From positions 1 through 64,000 of the forward strand of contig CAXHJY010001589.1 in the NCBI GenBank assembly GCA_964016885.1: a stretch of DNA of 64,000 nucleotides, read 5' to 3'. The DNA comes from Eledone cirrhosa. Lineage: Eukaryota. Both the position numbers and the translations under genes were made by a program. Below the pieces are notes generated by a model, which saw only the letters and a program-made list of their open reading frames with translations, was not told where the DNA came from and ran no database searches. Numbering within the stretch: the first letter of the stretch is position 1; the number at the start of each line of letters is the position of its first letter. Positions 20,280 through 36,886 of this stretch are shown here, piece by piece.

Positions 20280-21220
20280 TGGGAGTTTGTGCAGTGGGGT
20301 GATAGTGGAGGGTGGTGCTGGGTGATAGCTCGAATGTTTTTTTCCAGTTCTTTTGCCAGATTCATTATGGCTAAAAAAGAGGAAGAAGTTTCCTGTTTAG
20401 AAGACTGTTGGTGACTGTGGTAGTGGTTATTTTTATGTACGTTATGGTTTTTGTTTTTGCTTTTATTTTTAATTTTATTTTCATTTGTCCGACGGTTCCC
20501 CGGGAGATGGGTAAAGGGACAATCCCGGTCTAAACACAATCTGTCTCGCAGGGAAAAGCGGCAGATTTGTGGATTCCTTGTTTGAGTTATTGGTGGTTGT
20601 GTTGGTGTTAAATTAGAGTATGTATTATGGTGGTGGCTGTTTGTGGGGATAGATCGTTTTGTCCTAGGTAAATGGGTGAATTTGCAGCCACTATCCGTAC
20701 ATATTCTATAGCGTAGAGAGTAGCGGCAAATGATGGGGTTTCGAGTGGGTGGGTATGTGGGTGTGTGTGTTGTGAGAGGTGTAGATGATGGTTTGGGTAG
20801 GATTTGACGACCTTTGTGGACTGTGGGAGGGAGAGTTCTTGTTCTGGTATTAGAAGGTAAATTCCTTGACATAGCAGTAGACAAAAATGTTGTAGTAGTA
20901 GTAGTAGTAGTAGGCAGAGATGTTGGCAGTGGTGATGATTGGACTGCTGGGCCAGAGAAAGGATGTGGCGTTTCATGCTGTGAGACAGAGGCTACTGGGG
21001 GGTCAATAGTTTCATTTAGTAGATCGGCCATTGTTGATGAATCAAGGAGTGGTTCACACCGTTGTTGTCGTTGTTGTTGTTGCTGTTGTTGATGTTGTTG
21101 TTGTAGCTGTTGTTGTTGTTGTTGCCGTTGTAGCTGCTGTTGTTGTTGTTGCTGGACAGCATTCGAAGAAAAAACACACCGTAGTTTATCCAAATGTTTA
21201 TTGATTAATTTAAAAGCAAT
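20267..21220 (-). CDS. LINE ORF1 C-terminal part with polyQ and two CCCH zinc fingers
   Basis: [19 protein letters not shown] and [19 protein letters not shown] (C-x8-C-x4-C-x3-H). The frame stays open up to the TA tract. Confidence 0.8.
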
Positions 21221-21221
21221 T

Positions 21222-21496
<275 letters not shown>

Positions 21497-21611
21497 GTAT
21501 ATATATATATGTATATATATATATGTATATATATATATGTATATATATATATGTATATGTATATATGTATATGTATATACGTATATATATATATATGTAT
21601 ATGTATATACG

Positions 21612-21762
<151 letters not shown>

Positions 21763-22338
21763 GTATATATATATATGTATATATATATATGTATATGTAA
21801 GTATGCATGTATACGTACATACATATATGTATACAGACGTACAGTAGCATGCACATATATATATATATATACATATATACATACATATGCATACAGGTAC
21901 ACATACATATATGCACGTATCAGTTTAGCGGCGCTAACGTCGCTTTGTTCGTTTGTAAACAAACTGAACAGCCTGAATTTATGCCATACGGTGTTAAGGC
22001 AACCACGTCACCTTTTTGTTCAACACTGACACAGGAACGATGTACTAGTTTCAAGCTTGTTAGCTATCATCAGCACCGTTTACCCATCTGCCAGATAGTT
22101 GAACGTTCGAAAGTATATACTTTCCTTATGAAAATTAACGGCTGAGCAGCCTAATTTGCATATTGAGTGAGTTAAATCGGTCAGGCATACCGAAAACGAT
22201 AAATTGAAACAAAATGAAAACGAAATTTCATTTCTCACTCTTAGTATGGCACTTACTTAAATGTAAGTATGCATGTATACTTAATTTTCATAAGGAAAGT
22301 ATATACTTTCGAACGTTCAACTATCTGGCAGATGGGTA

Positions 22339-22383
22339 AACGGTGCTGATGATAGCTAACAAGCTTGAAACTAGTACATCGTT
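22339..22383 (+). ncRNA. Type I hammerhead ribozyme (first of 7 direct copies, plus 1 inverted)
   Basis: AACGGTG-CTGATGA-TAGCTAACAAGCTT-GAAA-CTAG-TA-CATCGTT. Predicted cleavage is after A22376. Confidence 0.85.
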
Positions 22384-22723
22384 CCTGTGTCAGTGTTGAA
22401 CAAAAAGGTGACGTGGTTGCCTTAACACCGTATGGCATAAATTCAGGCTGTTCAGTTTGTTTACAAACGAACAAAGCGACGTTAGCGCCGCTAAACTGAT
22501 ACGTGCATATATGTATGTGTACCTGTATGCATATGTATGTATATATGTATATATATATATATATGTGCATGCTACTGTACGTCTGTATACATATATGTAT
22601 GTACGTATACATGCATACTTACATTTAAGTAAGTGCCATACTAAGAGTGAGAAATGAAATTTCGTTTTCATTTTGTTTCAATTTATCGTTTTCGGTATGC
22701 CTGACCGATTTAACTCACTCAAT

Positions 22724-22770
22724 ATGCAAATTAGGCTGCTCAGCCGTTAATTTTCATAAGGAAAGTATAT
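22724..22770 (+). promoter_or_regulatory. Octamer plus PSE-like motif (putative snRNA-type promoter), repeated in the units
   Basis: ATGCAAAT-N16-TAATTTTCATAAGGAAAGTATA. Family B has ATGCAAAT-N15-TAATTTTCATAGAAAAAGCATA. Confidence 0.55.
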
Positions 22771-25483
22771 ACTTTCGAACGTTCAACTATCTGGCAGATG
22801 GGTAAACGGTGCTGATGATAGCTAACAAGCTTGAAACTAGTACATCGTTCCTGTGTCAGTGTTGAACAAAAAGGTGACGTGGTTGCCTTAACACCGTATG
22901 GCATAAATTCAGGCTGTTCAGTTTGTTTACAAACGAACAAAGCGACGTTAGCGCCGCTAAACTGATACGTGCATATATGTATGTGTACCTGTATGCATAT
23001 GTATGTATATATGTATATATATATATATATGTGCATGCTACTGTACGTCTGTATACATATATGTATGTACGTATACATGCATACTTACATTTAAGTAAGT
23101 GCCATACTAAGAGTGAGAAATGAAATTTCGTTTTCATTTTGTTTCAATTTATCGTTTTCGGTATGCCTGACCGATTTAACTCACTCAATATGCAAATTAG
23201 GCTGCTCAGCCGTTAATTTTCATAAGGAAAGTATATACTTTCGAACGTTCAACTATCTGGCAGATGGGTAAACGGTGCTGATGATAGCTAACAAGCTTGA
23301 AACTAGTACATCGTTCCTGTGTCAGTGTTGAACAAAAAGGTGACGTGGTTGCCTTAACACCGTATGGCATAAATTCAGGCTGTTCAGTTTGTTTACAAAC
23401 GAACAAAGCGACGTTAGCGCCGCTAAACTGATACGTGCATATATGTATGTGTACCTGTATGCATATGTATGTATATATGTATATATATATATATATATGT
23501 GCATGCTACTGTACGTCTGTATACATATATGTATGTACGTATACATGCATACTTACATTTAAGTAAGTGCCATACTAAGAGTGAGAAATGAAATTTCGTT
23601 TTCATTTTGTTTCAATTTATCGTTTTCGGTATGCCTGACCGATTTAACTCACTCAATATGCAAATTAGGCTGCTCAGCCGTTAATTTTCATAAGGAAAGT
23701 ATATACTTTCGAACGTTCAACTATCTGGCAGATGGGTAAACGGTGCTGATGATAGCTAACAAGCTTGAAACTAGTACATCGTTCCTGTGTCAGTGTTGAA
23801 CAAAAAGGTGACGTGGTTGCCTTAACACCGTATGGCATAAATTCAGGCTGTTCAGTTTGTTTACAAACGAACAAAGCGACGTTAGCGCCGCTAAACTGAT
23901 ACGTGCATATATGTATGTGTACCTGTATGCATATGTATGTATATATGTATATATATATATATATGTGCATGCTACTGTACGTCTGTATACATATATGTAT
24001 GTACGTATACATGCATACTTACATTTAAGTAAGTGCCATACTAAGAGTGAGAAATGAAATTTCGTTTTCATTTTGTTTCAATTTATCGTTTTCGGTATGC
24101 CTGACCGATTTAACTCACTCAATATGCAAATTAGGCTGCTCAGCCGTTAATTTTCATAAGGAAAGTATATACTTTCGAACGTTCAACTATCTGGCAGATG
24201 GGTAAACGGTGCTGATGATAGCTAACAAGCTTGAAACTAGTACATCGTTCCTGTGTCAGTGTTGAACAAAAAGGTGACGTGGTTGCCTTAACACCGTATG
24301 GCATAAATTCAGGCTGTTCAGTTTGTTTACAAACGAACAAAGCGACGTTAGCGCCGCTAAACTGATACGTGCATATATGTATGTGTACCTGTATGCATAT
24401 GTATGTATATATGTATATATATATATATATGTGCATGCTACTGTACGTCTGTATACATATATGTATGTACGTATACATGCATACTTACATTTAAGTAAGT
24501 GCCATACTAAGAGTGAGAAATGAAATTTCGTTTTCATTTTGTTTCAATTTATCGTTTTCGGTATGCCTGACCGATTTAACTCACTCAATATGCAAATTAG
24601 GCTGCTCAGCCGTTAATTTTCATAAGGAAAGTATATACTTTCGAACGTTCAACTATCTGGCAGATGGGTAAACGGTGCTGATGATAGCTAACAAGCTTGA
24701 AACTAGTACATCGTTCCTGTGTCAGTGTTGAACAAAAAGGTGACGTGGTTGCCTTAACACCGTATGGCATAAATTCAGGCTGTTCAGTTTGTTTACAAAC
24801 GAACAAAGCGACGTTAGCGCCGCTAAACTGATACGTGCATATATGTATGTGTACCTGTATGCATATGTATGTATATATGTATATATATATATATATGTGC
24901 ATGCTACTGTACGTCTGTATACATATATGTATGTACGTATACATGCATACTTACATTTAAGTAAGTGCCATACTAAGAGTGAGAAATGAAATTTCGTTTT
25001 CATTTTGTTTCAATTTATCGTTTTCGGTATGCCTGACCGATTTAACTCACTCAATATGCAAATTAGGCTGCTCAGCCGTTAATTTTCATAAGGAAAGTAT
25101 ATACTTTCGAACGTTCAACTATCTGGCAGATGGGTAAACGGTGCTGATGATAGCTAACAAGCTTGAAACTAGTACATCGTTCCTGTGTCAGTGTTGAACA
25201 AAAAGGTGACGTGGTTGCCTTAACACCGTATGGCATAAATTCAGGCTGTTCAGTTTGTTTACAAACGAATAAAGCGACGTTAGCGCCGCTAAACTGATAC
25301 GTGCATATATGTATGTGTACCTGTATGCATATGTATGTATATATGTATATATATATATATATGTGCATGCTACTGTACGTCTGTATACATATATGTATGT
25401 ACGTATACATGCATACTTACATTTAAGTAAGTGCCATACTAAGAGTGAGAAATGAAATTTCGTTTTCATTTTGTTTCAATTTA

Positions 25484-27037
<1,554 letters not shown>

Positions 27038-29854
27038 CCAATTGTACTGTTGACACATTCAAACTCAGTCTGTGACACACTGATAATACATATGAAGCAA
27101 CTACAGACGGTAATATGTGTCACATATCGGCCGCCCGATGCCCCCAGTCATGAGGGTAAATTTGAGGATAGCCTAAGTAGGATAGAATAGGTCCTTGACA
27201 AACTGGACCAGGGTCTCAACATCCTACTGTTGGGAGACTTCAACCTACCAAAGGTCAAATGGCCTGAGGGCCACCTCCTCCCTGGAATGACGTCAATAGA
27301 ACAGAGACAGACGGAATCCCTGCTGGCCCTCACACACAGGCTGTTCATGGAGCAAGCAATACTCCTCCCAACAAGAGGCGAAAATGTCCTGGACCTCTGT
27401 TTTACAAACAACGAAGTGCTCATCCACAATGTAAAGGTGACACCAACAATTCTCTCGGATCATAACTTGGTAGAGCTAATGATATGTGGTCCAAGAGAAC
27501 CAACAGAGACAAAACCACCAAGAAGCTCCGGGACGCTATCCAGCCTTAACTTCTACGGGGCTGACTGGAAGAAGATTAAGAGTAAAATCCGGAAGCAAAC
27601 ATGGAGTGCAAACATCGCCACACGAGACACTAACACACAATTTCAACACTTCATGACAACGATACACACCATATGCAAAAAGTGTGTCCCGGAGAAAGAG
27701 GCAAACAGACACACAAAAATCTTATTCCCAGAGATAGGAAAATCCTTATGAGACGTAGAACTAAACTCTCAAACCAGTTGAATAGTCAACAAAACCAAAA
27801 CAAGAAGGAATCCTATTTGAAACGTGCACTACTTGACACCGAGATTGCACTCAAGCTTTCACATGAGAATGAGAGGGCAAGGAAAGAGAACAGGGCCATA
27901 GAAAACATTAAAACAAACCCTAAGGCCTTCTTTAAATTTGCAAAAGAAACTGCCTCAGTACACTGCAAGATTGGACCACTCTTCCACACGGACGGTTCAT
28001 TAACCGAAAATCCCCAAGAGATATGTGAAATACTGAACGAACAGTACAAAAGTGTCTTCACATGTCCACTGAGGCACATGCAAATAACGAAGCCAGAGGA
28101 GTTCTTTGATGCCACAACACTACATCAAGAAATGGCAACCATCAACCACATAGACATAACGGAGGAGGATGTGGTGTACGCCATTGATGAAATTAGAACA
28201 GACTCGGCTGCTGGACCTGATGGATTCCCAGCAGTTCTCCTAAAAATATGTAAGCGGGCCTTAGCAACTCCACAGAAGATGCTCTTCAGAAGCTCCTTAG
28301 CTAGCGGTGTACTACCCAGGGAGCTGAAAGAAGGCACAATATGCCCTATCCATAAAGGAGGTAGTAGAGCGGAGGCCAAGAACTATAGGCCAGTTTCCCT
28401 GACGTCGCATATCAGTAAGGTCATGGAGCGAGTCGTCAGAAAGAAACTAATCACTTTCCTCGAAGAAAATGACCGTCTGACTAGCACGCAACATGGCTTC
28501 CGCCCAGGAAGAAGCTGCCTTACACAGCTGCTACATCACTACGACTGGGTACTGAGACAACTACTAGACAGCTCACATGTGGACGTGATATATCTTAACT
28601 TTGCGAAGGCCTTTGACAAGGTCGACCACGGAATGATATGTCACACACTACACGGACTCGGCATAATTGGAAAAGTAGGTGAGTGGCTGCATGGCTTCCT
28701 AACGGACAGAAGCCAGGCAGTCGCAGCAAATGGGGCCCTCTCGAAGGAAACACCGATAACAAGTGGGGTGCCCCAGGGGACAGTCCTGGGACCACTACTG
28801 TTTTTGGTGGCTCTCTCGGACATGCCCTCTGTGGTGCATGCAACAACATCTCTCACTAGCTATGCTGATGACACTAAGGTAGCACAGGCAATCAAAAACC
28901 CGGCTGACGCTGCTCTTTTACAGCAGAATCTGGATGCCATATACAGATGGGCGGAAGAAAACAACATGCAGTTTAATGCTGGCAAATTCCAAGCCCTACA
29001 ATACAAACCTGCAAACACAAACACAAATATAGCGGAACACAGCTACACAGGACCAGGAGGGACCGATATCCCCGTGTCAAAATCGATACGAGACCAGGGC
29101 ATAGACATGAGCGATGATGCATATTTTTCTTCACACATCATGAAGGTGGCGACAGCATGTAGACGATTCGCTGGCTGGATCTTGAGGACATTTCTTACAA
29201 GAGATCGAGACACCATGTTGACACTGTGGAGGACTTTTGTCCTAAGCCGCCTGGACTACTGCTCCCAGCTGTGGTCACCCCATAGTGTCAAACTAACCAC
29301 GGAGCTTGAGGCAATCCAGCGAAGCTACACCAAGAGGATTGCCAAGATGAGGGAGACAAGCTACTGGGAGAGGCTGAGGGAACTGAGCCTCTACTCCTTG
29401 GAGCGAAGACGGGAGAGATACGCAGTGATCTACATGTGGAAAATCCTGGAGGGACTAGTACCAAACTTTGGCATTGGGAGCTGGACCAACCGTCGAACAG
29501 GACGTCACTGTGTGGTGTCAAAGGTCCCGTCTTCCACATCTAGAATAAGGAGCAGGTATTGCAATAGCCTGGGATTCAAGAGCCCTCAACTCTTCAACAG
29601 GCTGCCGAGGCATCTGCGAGACTTGCATGACGTGGAGGTGGATGTCTTTAAGAAACATCTCGACACCTTGTTATCCAGGATCCCGGATGAGCCCACAGCA
29701 AGACACGAGGGAAACCTAAGGGCAGCAGCAACAAACTCCCTCCTACACCAGTGGCCAACCTATACAGGCTGGAGATAAAATGTTTAGCAACAAGGGCGGT
29801 GCCCCAGCATGGCCTCAGCCGGATGGCTGAAACAGGTAAAAGAGTAAAAGAGTA
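27038..29854 (+). mobile_element. CR1-group LINE family 2, truncated within APE and defective
   Basis: YRPP, GDFN and LSDH, then the RT (27673-29778, YADD). Stop at 27188, frameshift near 27710, and catalytic YLDF changed to YLNF. Tail (GTAAAAGA)2GTA runs into (TA)n. Confidence 0.92.
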
Positions 29855-29890
29855 TGTATATATATGTATATATATATATATGTATATATA

Positions 29891-30904
29891 CAATTAAGTT
29901 AAAAAAATACATCTACATACTGAAATACATATGTAACCGGTTTTTAGATTCATACTGGTTTTTGAGGGAACACCTTCCCTCTATTCTCCAGAAAGCCAGA
30001 CAAGGAATATTGAACTAGTTTCGTTGTTGTTACAACTCATCAGCAATATTTACCTATCTACCGGCCTTTCTGGAGAATTGTAAAAGCACATATTGTTATA
30101 TGCTTTTTCTATGAAAATTAGTAGTGGGCAGACTAATTTGCATAGAGTGTGAGTACGCACCGGTTCAGCGGAGACGATAAAAACAAATAACGAAACGAAA
30201 TTAAATTTCGTTTCGTTTGTAACTCACTTTTGTATGACTGACGCTTAAACAATTAAGTTAAAAAAATACATCTACATATGCATACTGAAATACTAGTGTG
30301 TATATGAATACACACACGTATACATATGTATATGTAACAAGTCTTTCACTGGTTGCTTTACTGTGAGCACCCAGCTATTCTGTATGTAAACACACAGACA
30401 AACCGGTTTTTAGAGTCATACTGGTTTTTGAGGGAACACCTTCCCTCTATTCTCCAGAAAGCCAGACAAGGAATATTGAACTAGTTTCGTTGTTGTTACA
30501 ACTCATCAGCAATATTTACCTATCTACCGGCCTTTCTGGAGAATTGTAAAAGCACATATAGTTATATGCTTTTTCTATGAAAATTAGTAGTGGGCAGACT
30601 AATTTGCATAGAGTGTGAGTACGCACCGGTTCAGCGGAGACGATAAAAACAAATAACGAAACGAAATTAAATTTCGTTTCGTTTGTAACTCACTTTTGTA
30701 TGACTGACGCTTAAACAATTAAGTTAAAAAAATACATCTACATATGCATACTGAAATACTAGTGTGTATATGAATACACACACGTATACATATGTATATG
30801 TAACAAGTCTTTCACTGGTTGCTTTACTGTGAGCACCCAGCTATTCTGTATGTAAACACACAGACAAACCGGTTTTTAGAGTCATACTCGTTTTTGAGTC
30901 ATAC
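29891..30904 (-). mobile_element. Retrozyme-like tandem array, family B (466-bp unit, ~2.4 copies)
   Basis: Unit starts at 29891 (internally deleted), 30250 and 30716. Hammerheads AATATTG-CTGATGA-GTTGTAACAACAAC-GAAA-CTAG-TT-CAATATT at 30006-30050 and 30472-30516. Octamers at 30136 and 30602. Confidence 0.88.
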
Positions 30905-31638
30905 TTGTTATGAGTTGCGATTTAGATTTTTGAATGGGACGGATAGCACGAGGCCCAAGCCTTGGGTGTATATTGAAGGCGATGCCAACATCATTTGGGC
31001 AGTGATGATGGCACATTTTCCACATCATGCAGATAATATAACGCTCACGGCGACGTTGGAGTGAGTAAAGTTTCAGGTTTTCTAGTCGACCCCAGTATTC
31101 AAGGTCTGACATGCCATCTATCTTTTTCGTGATTGCCCTTTGAGGAGCTTCAAGTTTCATGATACTTTGTTTCGTGTGGGGAGACCACAGTGGACAACAG
31201 TATTCAAGGTGTGGTCGGGCAAAAGTAGAGAAGAGAAGGATAATGGTGTGGGAATCTCTCGACTGGAAGGTTCTGAGGATCCAGGAACACATTCTGCGGG
31301 CCATGTCAATTTTGCTGCTTATATTCGTGGCCCAGCTGATGTTGCTGTCCACGGTTACTCCCGAGTCTCTGATGTTGTTAGATGCCACGAGAGTTTCCCC
31401 GGAGGGAAGGGAGTACGGGAGTTTCAGAGCACCCACTTTTCCAAAGTGGATCAGTTCGAATTTGTCTTCGTTCAGTAACATGTTGTTCTTTTCCGCCCAT
31501 TGGGTAACAGCCAGTAGGTCTGACTGAAGGCTTATCCGGTCATCCACGCCATTGATGACCTTTTGGAGATTGGAATCATCAGCGAAATATTTTAATGTTG
31601 CTGTGTTTGATGATGTCAGTGATGTCATTAATATAGAT
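30905..31638 (-). mobile_element. CR1-group LINE family 1 fragment lacking its 3' end
   Basis: Duplicate of 14061-14794, joined directly to the family B array. Confidence 0.9.
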
Positions 31639-31779
31639 GTATATACTTATATATATATGTATATACTTATATATACATATATATGTATATACATGTATAT
31701 ACATATATATATATATATATGTATATATATGTATATACATATATATATGTATATACATATATATATATATGTATATACT

Positions 31780-31826
<47 letters not shown>

Positions 31827-32105
31827 GTATATACTTATATATACATATATATATATATGTATATACATATATATATATGTATATACTTATATATACATAT
31901 ATATATTTATGTATATACATATATACATATATATATATATATGTATATACATATATATATATATGTATATACTTATATATATATATATATGTATATACTT
32001 ATATATACATATATATATATATGTATATACATATATATATATATGTATATATATATATATGTATATACATATATATACATACATATATATACATATATAT
32101 ACATG

Positions 32106-32193
<88 letters not shown>

Positions 32194-32196
<3 letters not shown>

Positions 32197-33585
32197 CAAT
32201 GTCCAGTAGTGCTAAGTTTAATATTATGATCGCAGTTTTGGTACGAGTGAAGAAGAATGTGTCCCGAATGTGCGACCCAACAGAAATGGAAAGACACATC
32301 CAACACTTCATCAACCGTATGCAGTTCTCTGGCTACAACCAAAGAGACAGAGTGAGAGTATACGAAGGAGCCATGGAGAAGTATAAGACCCTCATAGAAC
32401 TGGACATGAAAGGAATTTTCCCATTATACAGAAGCAAATCATGGAATAGCTTAGATAGGGCTAGACATAAGATAGAGAAAGCCACCGCATGGTACGACAA
32501 CCAGAGATACCAGAGTGTCATGTTTGTGGACGCTACCCCTGGAGGGAAATTAGCTAACCAGTGTAGAAAGGCCCTGAGAAAGACCCACTTAAAGATTAAG
32601 GTGGTAGAAAAGCCAGGAACCACCATAAAATCCCTGATCAGCAAAACCTACCCTTTTAAGAAAACCCACTTTACTAATAGGAAATGTATCATATGTAAGG
32701 TAAACCCTCGGATTAACTGTAAAACTAGAAACGTAGTCTATAGCATAAGATGTACAGAGGGTACTTGCAGAAACATGACAACAACATACATAGGCGAGAC
32801 AGCTCGTAGCATAGGTGAAAGGATAGACCAATACTGGGGGGAACCTAAAGGACGAAAATACGGATCAGTACTATACGAACATGCCAGACAACATAACGAC
32901 GGTAATATAGACAACATAAAAATTAGAATAATATCTAAACATAGAAATGACCCAGCAGACAGGCAAATCAGAGAGGCCAGTGAAATAGTAATTAGAAGGC
33001 CAAGGCAAAACAGAAAGAATGAATGGAATAACAACAACACCCAAACAAACAACACTGACCTAAGAGAAGTATAAATAAATAAATAAATAAATAAATAGAT
33101 AAATAAATAAATAATACATACACAAGCAGAATAACAACAAACACATATAAACACACACTAGTAACGATAGAATACATTAACCAATACACAGTCACCCAAT
33201 CACGAACACACATCAAACACTATACACACACGCAAACACATGCGCAAAGAAGACAAAATAAAATGAACAAATAAATAAATATATACATACGGACTAAATA
33301 AAGATGGCGTAGAAAATAGAATGTAACGGGAGGAAACAATAGCACCACTGATGATGTTGCAGATGTGCAACGAAAGAACTTTGATGAACTATATATATGT
33401 GTTTGTGTCTATATTGTATCTGTATTATTTTTGACCGTTGGTCAGTCAATGGCAACATTGAGGACCGAATATATTAGATTACCGATATAAAAGACACAGA
33501 AGCGAAAAGCGAAAAGCAACCAAACAATAAGTGTGTTCTGTTACTAATTCTGGCAATATTACGAAAATATGACCCTCCCAAGTAT

Positions 33586-33591
<6 letters not shown>
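32194..33591 (+). mobile_element. PLE family 2 3' fragment (duplicate), hammerhead at 33343-33386
   Basis: Near-identical to 15360-16757. The ORF reads through the codon that is a stop in copy 1. Confidence 0.88.
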
Positions 33592-33683
<92 letters not shown>

Positions 33684-33789
33684 GTGAGGTTTTTTTTACA
33701 ATTGAAAAATAACCGGTGTCCTACACGAGTGAAAGTATAAAGAAAAAGAGATGAAATCAAAATGCAACTGGAGTCTTATTTTTTTAAAA

Positions 33790-36585
<2,796 letters not shown>

Positions 36586-36886
36586 GGTTATACTTTGGGA
36601 GGGTCATGTTTCCAATAAGAAACACACGCACCAGTAGCATTCACTTCAATTTATTATATATTTATAAATTTATGAATTTACAAATCTACAAATTTATAAA
36701 TTTCTGGTTGGTTGGTTGGTTCCACAACCAGATAGTTGTTTATATATAGTCATAGTCCTTGGTTGTGGAACCAACCAACCAACCAACCAGAAATTTATAA
36801 ATTTGTAGATTTGTAAATTTATAAATTTATAAATATATAATAAATTGAAGTGAAAGCAACTGGTGTGTGTGTTTCTTATTGGCAAC

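Larger units (their letters stand above)
21795..25483 (+). mobile_element. Retrozyme-like tandem array, family A: ~6.9 x 466-bp units plus one inverted unit at the 5' end
   Basis: Units start at 22281, 22747, 23213, 23681, 24147, 24613 and 25079 and are nearly identical. 21795-22280 is inverted. Each unit has one hammerhead. Confidence 0.9.

Noticed and set aside
21807-25469. Repeated 66-119-aa ORFs in array A, and the idea that the array is CRISPR-like
   Set aside because: The ORFs run through microsatellite-like sequence and are not conserved in family B. The units are identical with no spacers, in a eukaryotic context.
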